Under the pieces are notes generated by a model. The model saw only the letters and a list, made by a program, of their open reading frames with translations, had not been told where the DNA came from and made no database searches. 64,000 nt of DNA, taken from contig NC_047026.1 in the NCBI RefSeq assembly GCF_902652985.1, positions 31,372,001-31,436,000 on the forward strand, written 5' to 3'. Of this stretch, positions 1 through 13,500 are shown piece by piece. Each line of letters starts with the position of its first letter. Position 1 is the first letter of the stretch. Made by a program: the position numbers and the translations under genes. This DNA comes from Pecten maximus. Taxonomy: Eukaryota.

Positions 1-3000
1 ATATACTAAAATCTGACGTGGAGCTCCGGTATTACAGGGCTGTATCAGTACATCAGTACACATACTAAAATCTGGTATGGAGCTCCGGTATTACAGGGCT
101 GTATCAGTACATCAGTACACATACTAAAATCTGGTATGGAGCTCCGGTATTACAGGGCTGTATCAGTACATATACTAAAATCTGACGTGGAGCTCCGGTA
201 TTCCAGGGCTGTATCAGTACATCAGTACAAATACTAAAATCTGGTATGGAGCTCCGGTATTACAGGGCTGTATCAGTACATATACTAAAATCTGACGTGG
301 AGCTCCGGTATTACAGGGCTGTATCAGTACATCAGTACAAATACTAAAATCTGGTATGGAGCTCCGGTATTGCAGGGCTGTATCAGTACAACAGTACATA
401 TACTAAAATCTGGCGTGGAGCTCCGGTATTGTAGGGCTGTATCAATACAACAGTACATATACTAAAATCTGACGTGGAGCTCCGGTATTACAGGGCTGTA
501 TCAGTACATCAGTACACATACTAAAATCTGGTATGGAGCTCCGGTATTACAGGGCTGTATCAGTACATCAGTACACATACTAAAATCTGGTATGGAGCTC
601 CGGTATTACAGGGCTGTATCAGTACATATACTAAAATCTGACGTGGAGCTCCGGTATTCCAGGGCTGTATCAGTACATCAGTACAAATACTAAAATCTGG
701 TATGGAGCTCCGGTATTACAGGGCTGTATCAGTACATATACTAAAATCTGACGTGGAGCTCCGGTATTACAGGGCTGTATCAGTACATCAGTACAAATAC
801 TAAAATATGGTATGGAGCTCCGGTATTGCAGGGTTGTATCAGTACAACAGTACATATACTAAAATCTGGCGTGGAGCTCCGGTATTGTAGGGCTGTATCA
901 ATACATCAGTACATATACTAAAATCTGGTATGGAGCTCCGGTATTACAGGGCTGTATCAGTACATCAGTACAAATACTAAAATCTGGTGTGGAACTCCGG
1001 TATTCCAGGGCTGTATCAGTACAACAGTACATATACTAAAATCTGGTATGGAGCTCCGGTATTACAGGGCTGTATCAGTACATATACTAAAATCTGACGT
1101 GGAGCTCCGGTATTACAGGGCTGTATCAGTACATCAGTACAAATACTAAAATCTGGTGTGGAACTCCGGTATTCCAGGGCTGTATCAGTACAACAGTACA
1201 TATACTAAAATCTGGTATGGAGCTCCGGTATTACAAGGCTGTATCAGTACATCAGTACAAATACTAAAATCTGGTATGGAGCTCCGGTATTACAGGGCTG
1301 TATCAGTACATATACTAAAATCTGGTGTGGAGCTCCGGTATTACAGGGTTGTATCAGTACAACAGTACATATACTAAAATCTGGTATGGAGCTCCGGTAT
1401 TCCACGGCTGTATCAGTACATCAGTACATATACTAAAATCTGGCGTGGAGCTCCGGTATTACAGGGCTGTAGCAGTACATTAGTACATATACTAAAATCT
1501 GGTGTGGAACTCCGGTATTACAGGGTTGTATCAGTACAACAGTACATATACTAAAATCTGGTATGGAGCTCCGGTACTACAGGACTGTATCAGAACATCA
1601 GTACATATACTAAAATCTGGCGTGGAGCTCCGGTATTACAGGGCTATATCAGTACAACAGTAAATATACTAAAATCTGGTATGGAGCTCCGGTACTACAG
1701 GACTGTATCAGTAGATATACTAAAATCTGGTATGGAGCTCCGGTATTGTAGGGCTGTATCAGTACATCAGTACATATACTAAAATCTGGCGTTGAGCTCC
1801 GGTATTACAGGGCTGTATCAGTACAACAGTACATATACTAAAATCTGGTATGGAGCTCCGGTATTACAGGGCTGTATCAGTACATATACTAAAATCTGAC
1901 GTGGAGCTCCGGTATTACAGGGCTGTATCAGTACATCAGTACAAATACTAAAATCTGGTATGGAACTCCGGTATTCCAGGGCTGTATCAGTACAACAGTA
2001 CATATACTAAAATCTGGTATGGAGCTCCGGTATTACAGGGCTGTATCAGTACATATACTAAAATCTGACGTGGAGCTCCGGTATTACAGGGCTGTATCAG
2101 TACATCAGTACAAATACTAAAATCTGGTATGGAGCTCCGGTATTCCAGGGCTGTATCAGTACAACAGTACATATACTAAAATCTGGTATGGAGCTCCGGT
2201 ATTACAGGGCTGTATCAGTACATATACTAAAATCTGGCGTGTAGCTCCGGTATTACAGGGTTGTATCAGTACATCAGTACATATACTACAATCTGGTGTG
2301 GAGCTCCGGTATTACAGGGCTGTATCAGTACATATACTAAAATCTGACGTGGAGCTCCGGTATTCCAGGGCTGTATCAGTACATCAGTACATATACTAGA
2401 ATCTGGTATGGAGCTCCGGTATTACAGGGCTGTATCAGTACATATACTAAAATCTGGTATGGAGCTCCGGTATTACAGGGCTGTATCAGTACATATACTA
2501 AAATCTGACGTGGAGCTCCGGTATTCCAGGGCTGTATCAGTACATCAGTACATATACTAGAATCTGGTATGGAGCTCCGGTATTACAGGGCTGTATCAGT
2601 ACATATACTAAAATCTGGCGTGGAGCTCCGGTACTACAGGGCTGTATCAGTACATATACTAAAATCTGACGTGGAGCTCCGGTATTCCAAGGCTGTACCA
2701 GAACATCAGTACATATACTAAAATCTGGTATGGAGCTCCGGTATTACAGGGCTGTATCAGTACATCAGTACATATACTAAAATCTGGTGTGGAGCTCCGG
2801 TATTACAGGGCTGTATCAGTACATCAGTACATATACTAAAATCTGGTATGGAGCTCCGGTATTACAGGGCTGTATCAGTACATCAGTACATATACTAAAA
2901 TCTGGTATGGAGCTCCGGTATTACAGGGCTGTATCAGTACATCAGTACATATACTAAAATCTGGTATGGAGCTCCGGTATTACAGGGCTGTATCAGTACA

Positions 3001-3663
3001 TCAGTACATATACTAAAATCTGGTGTGGAGCTCCGGTATTACAGGGCTGTATCAGTACATATACTAAAATCTGGTATGGAGCTCCGGTATTACAGGGCTG
3101 TATCAGTACATATACTAAAATCTGACGTGGAGCTCCGGTATTACAGGGCTGTATCAGTACATAAGTACATATACTAAAATCTGGTGTGGAGCTCCGGTAT
3201 TCCAGGGCTGTATCAGTACATATACTAAAATCTGGTATGGAGCTCCGGTATTACAGGGCTGTATCAGTACATATACTAAAATCTGACGTGGAGCTCCGGT
3301 ATTACAGGGCTGTATCAGTACATATACTAAAATCTGGTATGGAGCTCCGGTATTACAGGGCTGTATCAGTACATATACTAAAATCTGGTATGGAGCTCCG
3401 GTATTACAGGGCTGTATCAGTACATATACTAAAATCTGACGTGGAGCTCCGGTATTACAGGGCTGTATCAGTACATATACTAAAATCTGACGTGGAGCTC
3501 CGGTAATACAGGGCTGTATCAGTACATCAGTACATATACTAAAATCTGACGTGGAGCTCCGGTATTCCAGGGCTGTATCAGTACATCAGTACATATACTA
3601 AAATCTGGTATGGAGCTCTCGTATTACAGGGCTGTATCAGAACATCAGTATATATACTAAAAT
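1..3663. repeat. Satellite array, 51/59-bp unit (ATATACTAAAATCTGGTATGGAGCTCCGGTATTACAGGGCTGTATCAGTAC +/- ATCAGTAC); continues off the left edge
   Basis: Directly visible tandem units. The 59-bp variant carries an extra 8-bp duplication. Lies downstream of the last visible exon of the minus-strand LDLa gene, presumably in an intron. Confidence 0.98.
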
Positions 3664-3814
3664 CGGGTTTTATCTGTTAAATACACATGTTACTTCGGGG
3701 AAACGAAAGAACGTCGTTCTTGATATCTCTACCATGTAACGACTGACAAAGTATTTTTGGAAGAACACGTGTTTATATTAAATAAACATCCTAGTGTGTA
3801 ATAACTTACATTGT

Positions 3815-3846
<32 letters not shown>

Positions 3847-4665
3847 AACAGCAATTAATGTAAATTTGATTCGTGTATGAAGAGTTTTTTTGTTCAGTCG
3901 GAAGAGGTCATCTTTTATACTTTTTGCACGAGAACCAACATTTTATTACATTGCCATGTTTCTTTCTTTTCCTCTTTGTTGATTAGTTGACTATGAAGGA
4001 TTTTGTAAGCAGAGTAAGCCAGTTTAACATTGATTTAGATGAAGGATTGCCAATCACGTCAGGAGAATCACCTCTACAGCAGATATTTGAATATCTTGTA
4101 AACACACACACAAAAAAATATATTCCAGAAGATAATTAGAATTTCTAATTCCTTTTGATATTAACAGAGTTCTTAATGTCATTTACAATTTCCTGCCAAT
4201 AAAGATTAATTGATTCAGATGTGCAACTACCTCTGGTATAAAACCGAATCGACAAAGGTGATAATTTCCGATCGATTCAGATGTGTAAATAGCTCTGGTA
4301 TTGAACCAGGCCAGAGTGAGATTAATCATTATTATGCAACACTGAACTAAATAGATGTACCAGGTTGTCGAATCATTTACGATGTCATATAATATTTACT
4401 GTCATTTTTATTTGGCAAATGGTCTAGATAGCAATATCTTATTTTTAAATTATGTGTTAGTTTGTTTTAAAAAACAGGATATAATTTTTCAAAACTAAGG
4501 CAGATTTTTATGGATTTTATTTGATCAGTAAAATAAATTAAAGACAATAGTTTACGATTAGGAAGTACGGCGTATAGAATGTTCATGTATATGATGAGAG
4601 AGCAACATCACTTAGAATAAGTAGGATATATGGCTAACACCATGTTCATTGTCATTTTGTATAGT

Positions 4666-5172
4666 ATGAGTTTGTGTTTTTTGTTCTAGGTTTGGTATGG
4701 TTTGTAATGTGTAACTTACCGTCAACATTTATGGTTTTGTGCTAGGTTTGGTTTGGTTTGGTTTGTATTGTTTAATGTCCTATCAACATCTATGCTTTTG
4801 TTCTAGGTTTGGTTTTGATTTGGTTTGGTTTTGTTTGGTTTGTTTAACGTCCCATCAACATCTATGATTTTGTTCTAGATTTGGTTTGTTTTGGTTTCTG
4901 TTGTTTAACGCCCCATCAATATTTAAGACTTTGTTTTATGCTTGGTTTTCTAATTGTTTAACGTCCCATCGACATCTATGATTTAAATTTTGGTTTGGTT
5001 TGGTTTGGCTGATATTGTTTAACGTCCCATCGACATCTATAATTTTGTTCTAGGTTTGTTTTGATTTGGTTTATATTGTTTAACATCCCATCAATATCTA
5101 CGATTTTGTGCTTGGTGTTGGTTTTGTTTGGTTTGTATTGTTTAACGTCTCATCAACATCTACGATTTTGTA
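4666..5172 (-). repeat. Degenerate ~60-bp tandem array derived from a SINE 3' tail (about 8 copies)
   Basis: Unit TTGGTTT..ATTGTTTAACGTCCCATCAACATCTATG reverse-complements to a sequence matching the tail of the SINE at 21080-21268 (ATGGCTGTTAATAGGACGTTAAACAAAATAAACCAA). Confidence 0.8.
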
Positions 5173-5727
5173 TTGGGATCGGTTGCAATTGAAGTGACCA
5201 AAAGAACATGGGTTTGAATTATCCTTGAACAATTATTTTTGTCATTATATATTATAAGATACCAAAGACAAGAAGAAATATGGTAAGAATAACGGCTTAC
5301 AAACGAGGATGATCATTGTCATTCGATACTTACACTGGTATTCCAGATATATTGTTGTCTTTAAATGTTAAAACAACAAGACGTTAAAATAATATATTTT
5401 GAAATTAATGTAAGACGGATTGCATGAATGTTTTTCCCATTTGAAATCTAAATTAATTATTGAGATAATGTAAAGTTACATATGAATATTTAACCATTCT
5501 GTAATTATCAATATCAAATTTAAACGTCTTCATATGGATATTTAAAAGCTAAATCTTTTATTCGTTTTAAATGTAATAGTCTATCGAAAAAATACTATTG
5601 AATAATCGTTTATAGATACTATTATGAGTAAAAGGTATGTTGAAAAATAAACTCATCTAATAGCATGGTAATCGGACGTCAATATGTACATGGAAGCTTC
5701 TCTACTTTGACTGAAAAGTAAACCTAC

Positions 5728-5853
5728 CTTTACAAAGAGTATCAGCCTCGTCACTGCCATCAGCACATTCAATTTCTCCGTCACAAACATCATACGGCGG
5801 TATGCACTGCCTGTTATTGCACTGCCAGTGGTCGGCACCGCACAGAGGGTAGA
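5728..5853 (-). CDS. Exon: LDL-receptor class A module 3 ([42 protein letters not shown])
   Basis: CAG acceptor, GTAGG donor, phase 1-1, 126 nt; six Cys plus the D-G-S-D-E acidic motif. Confidence 0.95.
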
Positions 5854-8800
5854 CTGTATTAGACAGATTAGATTAATACATAGATGGAACACTATTACAC
5901 AGAGGGTAGACTGTATTAGAAAGATTAGATTAATACATAGATGGAACACTATTACACAGAGGGTAGACTGTATTAGAAAGATTAGATTAATACAGAGATT
6001 GCTGAATGTTACAGAGATGATAAACCATTGCAGAGATGGTAGATTGTTAGAGAGATGGTAGACTGTCTCAGATATGGTAGACTTTTACAGAGATGATAAA
6101 CCATTGCAGAGATGGTAGATTGTTAGAGAGATCGTAGACTGTCTCAGAGATGGTAGACTATTACGGAGATGGTAGACTATTACAGAGAGGGTATATTATT
6201 ACAGAGATGGTAGACTATTACAGAGATGGTAGACTATTACAGAGAGGGTATATTATTACAGAGATGGTAGACTATTACAGAGATGGTAGACTATTACAGA
6301 GAGGGTAGACTGTCTCAGAGAGGTAGACTATTACAGAGAGGGTAGACTATTACAGATAGGGTTGATTATTACAGAGATGGTAGACTATTACAGAGATGGT
6401 AGACTATTACAGAGATGGTAGACTATTACAGAGATGGTAGACTATTACAGAGATGGTAGACTATTACAGATAGGGTTGACTATTACAGATATGGTAGACT
6501 ATTACAGAGATGGTAGACTATTACAGAGAGGGTAGACTGTCTCAGAGAGGGTAGACTATTACAGAGAGGGTAGACTATTACAGAGAGGGTAGACTATTAC
6601 AGAGATGGTAGACTATTACAGAGAGAGTAGACTGTCTCAGAGAGGTAGACTATTACAGAGAGGGTAGACTATTACAGATAGGGTTGATTATTACAGAGAC
6701 GTTTGATTATTACAGAGATGGTAGACTATTACAGAGATGGTAGACTATTACAGAGATGGTAGACTATTACAGAGATGGTAGACTATTACAGAGAGAGTAG
6801 ACTATTACAGAGAGGGTAGACTATTACAGAGATGGTAGACTATTACAGAGAGAGTAGACTGTCTCAGAGAGTTAGACTATTACAGAGAGGGTAGACTATT
6901 ACAGATAGGGTTGATTATTACAGAGATGGTAGACTATTACAGAGACGTTTGATTATTACAGAGATGATAGACTATTACAGAGATGGTAGACTATTACAGA
7001 TAGGTTTGATTTTTACGGAGATGGTAGACTATTACAGAGAGGGTAGACTATTACAGATAGGGTTGATTATTACAGAGATGGTAGACTATTACAGAGACGT
7101 TTGATTATTACAGAGATGATAGACTATTACAGAGATGGTAGACTATTACAGAGATGATAGACTATTACAGAGATGGTAGGCTATTACAGATAGGTTTGAT
7201 TTTTACGGAGATGGTAGACTATTACAGAGAGGGTTGATTGTTACATTTATTTTGTACATCATCATTGTTTACCATATACAAATATGACATGATAAAAGTC
7301 TAGGAATGTGACATACTACAGTTGTCCTCGTCCGACCCATCAGCACAGTCTTTGTAAAAGTCACACACATTGGAAGCCGATACACAGCCTCCACAGTTGC
7401 ACTGGAAACTCGTCCCGGAACACTCTGGTCCTGTAGGAAAAAATCAACTCTCTGTATAAAGAAGGGCCGCAGTATAACATGTATCTTTAAACTGATGTTG
7501 TCAATTAAGGATATATAATGTAAATGTGTTCTTCATTAAAGCACGATAAATCCACATCGATACAGTTATCTTATTCTGCAAAAGATATGTACCAATTCAA
7601 TAACACTAAATATACAACAAAGCCAGTATATCGACATTCTTCTGGATAATAAGCAAAAGTATACCCGGCTACGTCAGCTGCACAGAAATAGGACTAATGC
7701 CTATACTATTGATGTTGGCTGAATAGGGCAAATTTGGATTTGTCGCATTGTTGCCATGAAATCGGGAGCACAACCAATTTTAAGTTTAGTCCAAATGCTT
7801 AGTCGCCGCGAAAAGGTGTCATTTATTTTTGCCGCTATTTAGCTGTATCTTTTACCTTGTTTTTTGCGTTATGTTGAAATGGCCATTTCCTAACAACAAA
7901 TGTGAAACTCTCCATTTTAGAAAAATATAATGAGCATATGCGACAAAAGTTATCAGAATATTGTCTACAAAAAAAAGAGGACAATATGCAGCTCGTTAAT
8001 TAGAATGGCGCTCACTCGCTGCCACAAACTGGGTTTTTTAAGAATTATTTACTTTTTTCACTTTGTTCTGGCGATAGTGATTTTTCTGCCATCATGCTTC
8101 CACAACAATGTGAAAAATGTAAAATGTTTATCATCGATACTCACAACAGAGGTTTAACAAGATACATATGAGAGGAATAAAAAGCTATTATCACTTAATT
8201 GGTTCCCTTATTACTTTTGACTCTAATTGAAATAGCGATGGTAATGAAATGATCGTTAAACAACTTTCGATCATAAACTACTTATTATCATCAGCAGGCC
8301 ATGGAATATTCCGTAAATATCATTGACAATTTTGTTCAACTATCAGTACGTCATGGAATATTAATAAAAAAATCCATAATGATATCACATTTCACCATTT
8401 ACGACACTGGCCAGGGATGTTTTTAAAAGAGGACGGCATACCACAGTTATCTTCGTCTGACTGGTCCCAACAATCGCGGAGCGTATCACACACAAACTCG
8501 CTAGATATGTACTCTCCGGACTCCGTACATCGGAACAACTCTTTGTCTCCATCATATGTAGTGTTTCCGGGAACGATAATAATCCCTGTGAAATAGTCGT
8601 ATTTATCTTAATACAACTATTAATAAAATGGTCAAATACAATAGCAAACAGATAATATGTATAACAAGAAATCCTACTCTGATGACAACAACGCTAGAAT
8701 ATGAGCAAACTATATATTTCCATGGAGACCTCCGGGAAGGTACGAGCAGAACTAGACTTGATATTCTGGAAAGACGTGCGTTTTTTGCTTCATTGAAGAC

Positions 8801-10541
8801 CATCTAATTAAAATCTTGACGGTCATTCTCACTAAGTTACATGAGCATCTAACAACATCCCATAAGAGGTCATGTCCGGGTGACCTTTTGGATAAGCCAA
8901 TCAAATGACTACCTCCAGAAACTTCGAAGTGATTTTTTTTGTGCGAATTAGCATGACTAGAGTGCATAGCTTACATAATCTGTCAATTTGTTTCAAGTCA
9001 TTTCGTCCCACCATGCATATAGGTATATATATGCTGTGTCGAAATGGTTTGCTTCAGATGCATGTTCTGACGATACGGTTTGCTTCAATGACATCGCCCT
9101 GAAAGTGAAATACACATATCTCAAAGGGCAACAGAACTTGACCTCTTACGGGATGTTGTTAGATGTTAATGTAACTTAGTGCGATTTACCATCTGGATTT
9201 TAATTGGATTGCATTGACGACATCCGCGATACATATCTGTGATATATTTGGGTTCGGTAATATCCTCAAAATGATAATCAGATTGTCTGCAATAGAACCA
9301 ACTGACAAGAGACACGCCCGACTTCACATCGCAGAAATTGAATATGATACTGGTAGACTTTACAATGGTCGTTATCATTCTACACCAATCAAAATCCTGT
9401 TTTTAGTTTTAGTCCGTCAAAAATCGACATCTATCACGGTAATCGTGATGGTAGGAACAGAGCCTTAAAATTTAAACAACTGGATAAGTCAAGACCGTAG
9501 GAAGAGAAAGCAGGGCTGTTGCTATCTAGAAATTGTAAATGAATGTTTTTGAATTAAAATCATTACGTTTATCATAAAGGGTTGCATAAAAGACGCATAT
9601 GACGCTTTATTACCTTTCACAACAATTGAGAGTTTGACAGCTACAGCTACAGACTAAAAACCTAGTTGTCCCAGATGGTTACGTTGTAAGTAATGCTCGA
9701 GGCAATGTTGAATAGTCTTTCGTGTCCTTGCTGTCTATTTCATTAGGGTTTGTCCGATTAACATGGCTTATATTTTTTTTTACTTAAAGACAACTAATCT
9801 GACATATCTACAGGTAAGTGATATAGGCATTTGCAAGGTCTATGCTACCTGTATTGAAAAGCTACTCAATGTAATCAGACTGGTATGAACACAAAAATAA
9901 GACGGTTAACAGAGGGTCGCAGTTTGTTCACATGGGAATGTCAGAGATCACTTGTTAGATCCTGTCTCAAAAGTAAATTAATTTGTCAAGATTTCATCCC
10001 CGGTGTATTGCCCTCTTGCACAATCACGGTACTGGTAAAGTCATTTGCCTTTCTTGAAAAACATAATTCTCAATATATGAAAGTTTTTTAATGGGAATGT
10101 AAAATGCTTTATTTTTATAGAAGCGTCGTTCTGAATGTGTGGATCAATACAATTAATAAACAAAAAATTCTTTGAAGGTCGTGAAAATCTGCATACCACT
10201 GAGTACCACAAGTATTTCCAATTTGACCTTGACTTAAGACTTCGTGCCAAGCAGAAAGTATTCTTATGTAACAACACCATACCTGCAACATTTTGCTGTG
10301 TTTGCCACTCGCAAGCGACGTGCTGTGTATTTATCCATTGCCACACCCTTTCAGTGTCCATATGGAATTTGATCCCGAGCGCTAAAGGAACATCCTCTTC
10401 CAAACACCTTTTACATGCTGTCGCAGATCGCGAATGACCAAACCTTAATGATTCATATAGAACATAAATCAAACAACGAACAATGTATTTTGGCTTTATA
10501 TATATTTATAGGACGATAGGACAGACGGAAACGGAAGCGCG

Positions 10542-10577
<36 letters not shown>

Positions 10578-13500
10578 GTCTGTATGACTGTGTATTTTGT
10601 ACAGTAACTATGCCTATATCCGCGTTGACCTAAACAACTTTTGTTCTACGAAAGGGACAATTGATTTATGTATCATACTAAATATTGGTTTTTCACCAAA
10701 TGTTTCATTGTCTTCGAAGACAATGTATGAAGTCACTATGTTACACTGAATGTTTTAATGTAATAACTAAGTACTTGTTTGTATTTCATTCAACGTATTA
10801 AACCAGTGAATAGTTGCGCAGTGATGTTCGTCAGCTATTGGTACATATAAGCACTTTGTTTAGATTAGTACTGAGTTGTATCTATATGAGAAGATATTTC
10901 GTGACCTTCCTCCATTCCACGTGTTGATGTAAAGAGATATTTCCTTCTGGTGCATCTCAGATTTTCATGAACTTTGTTCTAATTACTATTTGCTTTTCTT
11001 CTAGCAGAAGTAGCATGCAAGTATTTTTTGATGAAAATTAACGTAATGACGACTCCTCTGAATTAAAAATATAAGCTGAAAACCATTTATTATATATTAA
11101 CATTTACTTTTTGAATTAGGTTGACTACTTAGGCTGTCAGTAAGTTAACAATGGGGAAAATACGTCGAATTAGCAATACAATAGACGTTGGTAAAGAGGA
11201 ATGTAATTTTCTATATTATCAACTCGGGCCAATGAACACTTATATAGTAGTGACTAATGTAAAAGATTTAATACCAATCGACAAACGTTAGGGATGTACC
11301 ATCACTCCACGTAAAGTCTTTCCATAACATAGTATTGGCAGATAGAGTCAAACCTGTCAAATAAAAACGCATTGTCAATGTCATATTTCTGTCAGGTTTT
11401 AGAACTATACTTAATCTTTTGCTATGAATTCTGAAAAGAATAATTCTGGTTTAAAAAAAAGATAGGATTAAGGATTCGTTTCGATGGAAAACTTTGTGGT
11501 CGACTCGTTGATCTAATCAGAGTTTTGATTAATCGATACAATATATTCCCTACTGGGGTATTACCGAGTACATTTGTATACAATATGTCTGATCCAAGGA
11601 ATGTTTACCACCGATGGAGTTATCCGTTACACAAAAGTAATATTAATACATAGAGCAGAATAGGTGATGTTGTCTTTGTTTGTATAATTAAGACTTGATG
11701 AATACAAACACAGGACCAAATAGATATTATCGATAACACCCAGCTCTCAGCCATCGATTCATGATTGTCGACCAAATACAAAGTAGATAACTCACCGAGC
11801 TTCACCTCATCTACCATAGCTTTGTCGACGTGAAAGGCTAAATCAAATATCCACTTATCCTTACGACTTGTGTGGATAACAGCCAGAGATCCGTTTTTGT
11901 CCATACACTCATCCTCATTGATAAACTCAATACAACCAAACCTACGAGTAAACAGCAAATGCGGATTACTTTGTTATTGTCTTTAGTGTTTTGTGAGATG
12001 AAACCGGCATGATGGTTTTATTTAAGTCAGACTCCTTTATTTCATTTATATAGAATCTGGTGGGAGACGTATAATCTAAATCTCATGATTTTGGGCACAT
12101 ATTCCAAAACTTGTTTCGCAATTGTTGTAAAATCAAGATGAGTAAAGTTTACATTAACAGTTTTAAAGTAGAATGCAGACACCGATGGCTACCCCGGGGT
12201 CCACAACTATTCATGACCAAGTAATCAGCGTTGACAGTCCTATAAATGCAGTCATTCATTTTCGTTGGTTTATGTAATCTACACACAACAGGAATGTGTA
12301 AATATTATCAGACTAATTTTGAAACTTATTTCGTAACCCAATGTAGCATTTGTATACATAAGCAAAATATCAGCCATCACTAAATTACAATTTGATATAA
12401 ATCAGTTAAATTATGTATGAATCATATTATAGACAGATTGATAGATAGATTGTTTACAAATAGTGTTTAGATGTACTATTAGGAACCAAATAATGATATA
12501 AACGACATCCTATTAGCGACTTCAAATGTCAATTATCAATTATACTGAACAAAACAGGCTATTGCTATTAATTTCTGATATGTAATCGTTTGGAATTTAG
12601 GTTCATTTTCTATCATTTCGTAATTGGACATTATCAATTATACTGAACAAAAAAAAACAGGCTTTTGCTATTAATTTCTGATATGTAATCGTTTGGAATT
12701 TAGATGTTCATCTTCTATCATTACGTAATTGGACATTGAAGCTAATTAGCTAAATAGCTGGGTAATTTAAAACTAGTGTGTTGTTTCATAAATATTGCAA
12801 AAAACTGTAAATTTTATTCAGTAAGCTGGAAGCATGACCCTGAAAACAAAACAGCAGATACTATTCGAGTGTAGCCAACATCTATATGTATCAACACAAC
12901 AATAACCTCTTTACTTATTCCACATACAGAAAAAAGTTCAGTAAATTGTAAACCGGCACCGCAATGTAACAAGTTTATTTCAAAATATAAACACATATTT
13001 TAGTTTTATCAAAACATATCGGTATGATAAAAAGTACACTGTCCACACCATCGCACACTGGATATAAAAGTGTTGGTTCACTAAGTTTAAAAACAAAACA
13101 AACAGATGAATGTTGAACTTCCCTACCTGATCATTGCAACAGTAGATATTGCCAACATATCTGTGAACCTAGTACCTCGTTTTCCAATGATGCAAATCAA
13201 TATTATGATTCATATAAATCAAACTTCGGTAACTTGATCTCTGATTACACGAATAAACTTTACTCAAAGTACATTTTTGTAAATATAATTCAGTTCCTAC
13301 AATTGAAATTATATTTTAAGATATACTCTGTAACCGCGAATGCTGGGCCTGGCTCTTAGATTCCCATAAACCCAAAAACTTTGACACAGCGAAGTTCTAC
13401 TCGACTTTTATTAGAACAAATATTAATATATGTAGCACTTGATCAACTGTATATATTACAAGAAAGTCTGTTGATATTAGCATACCGAAAGGATACACCA

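Noticed and set aside
214-3506. Repeated ORFs (MYCCTDT..., MELRYYRAVSVH...)
   Set aside because: Translations of the 51/59-bp satellite; frames break whenever unit length changes.
5653-5949. Listed 98-aa minus-strand ORF
   Set aside because: Wrong frame; the real LDLa exon (5853-5728) is in another frame.
8700-9470. Short ORFs in the intron between the CTLD and LDLa-1 exons
   Set aside because: No recognisable motif and no phase 1-1 open exon; the flanking exons already join in frame.
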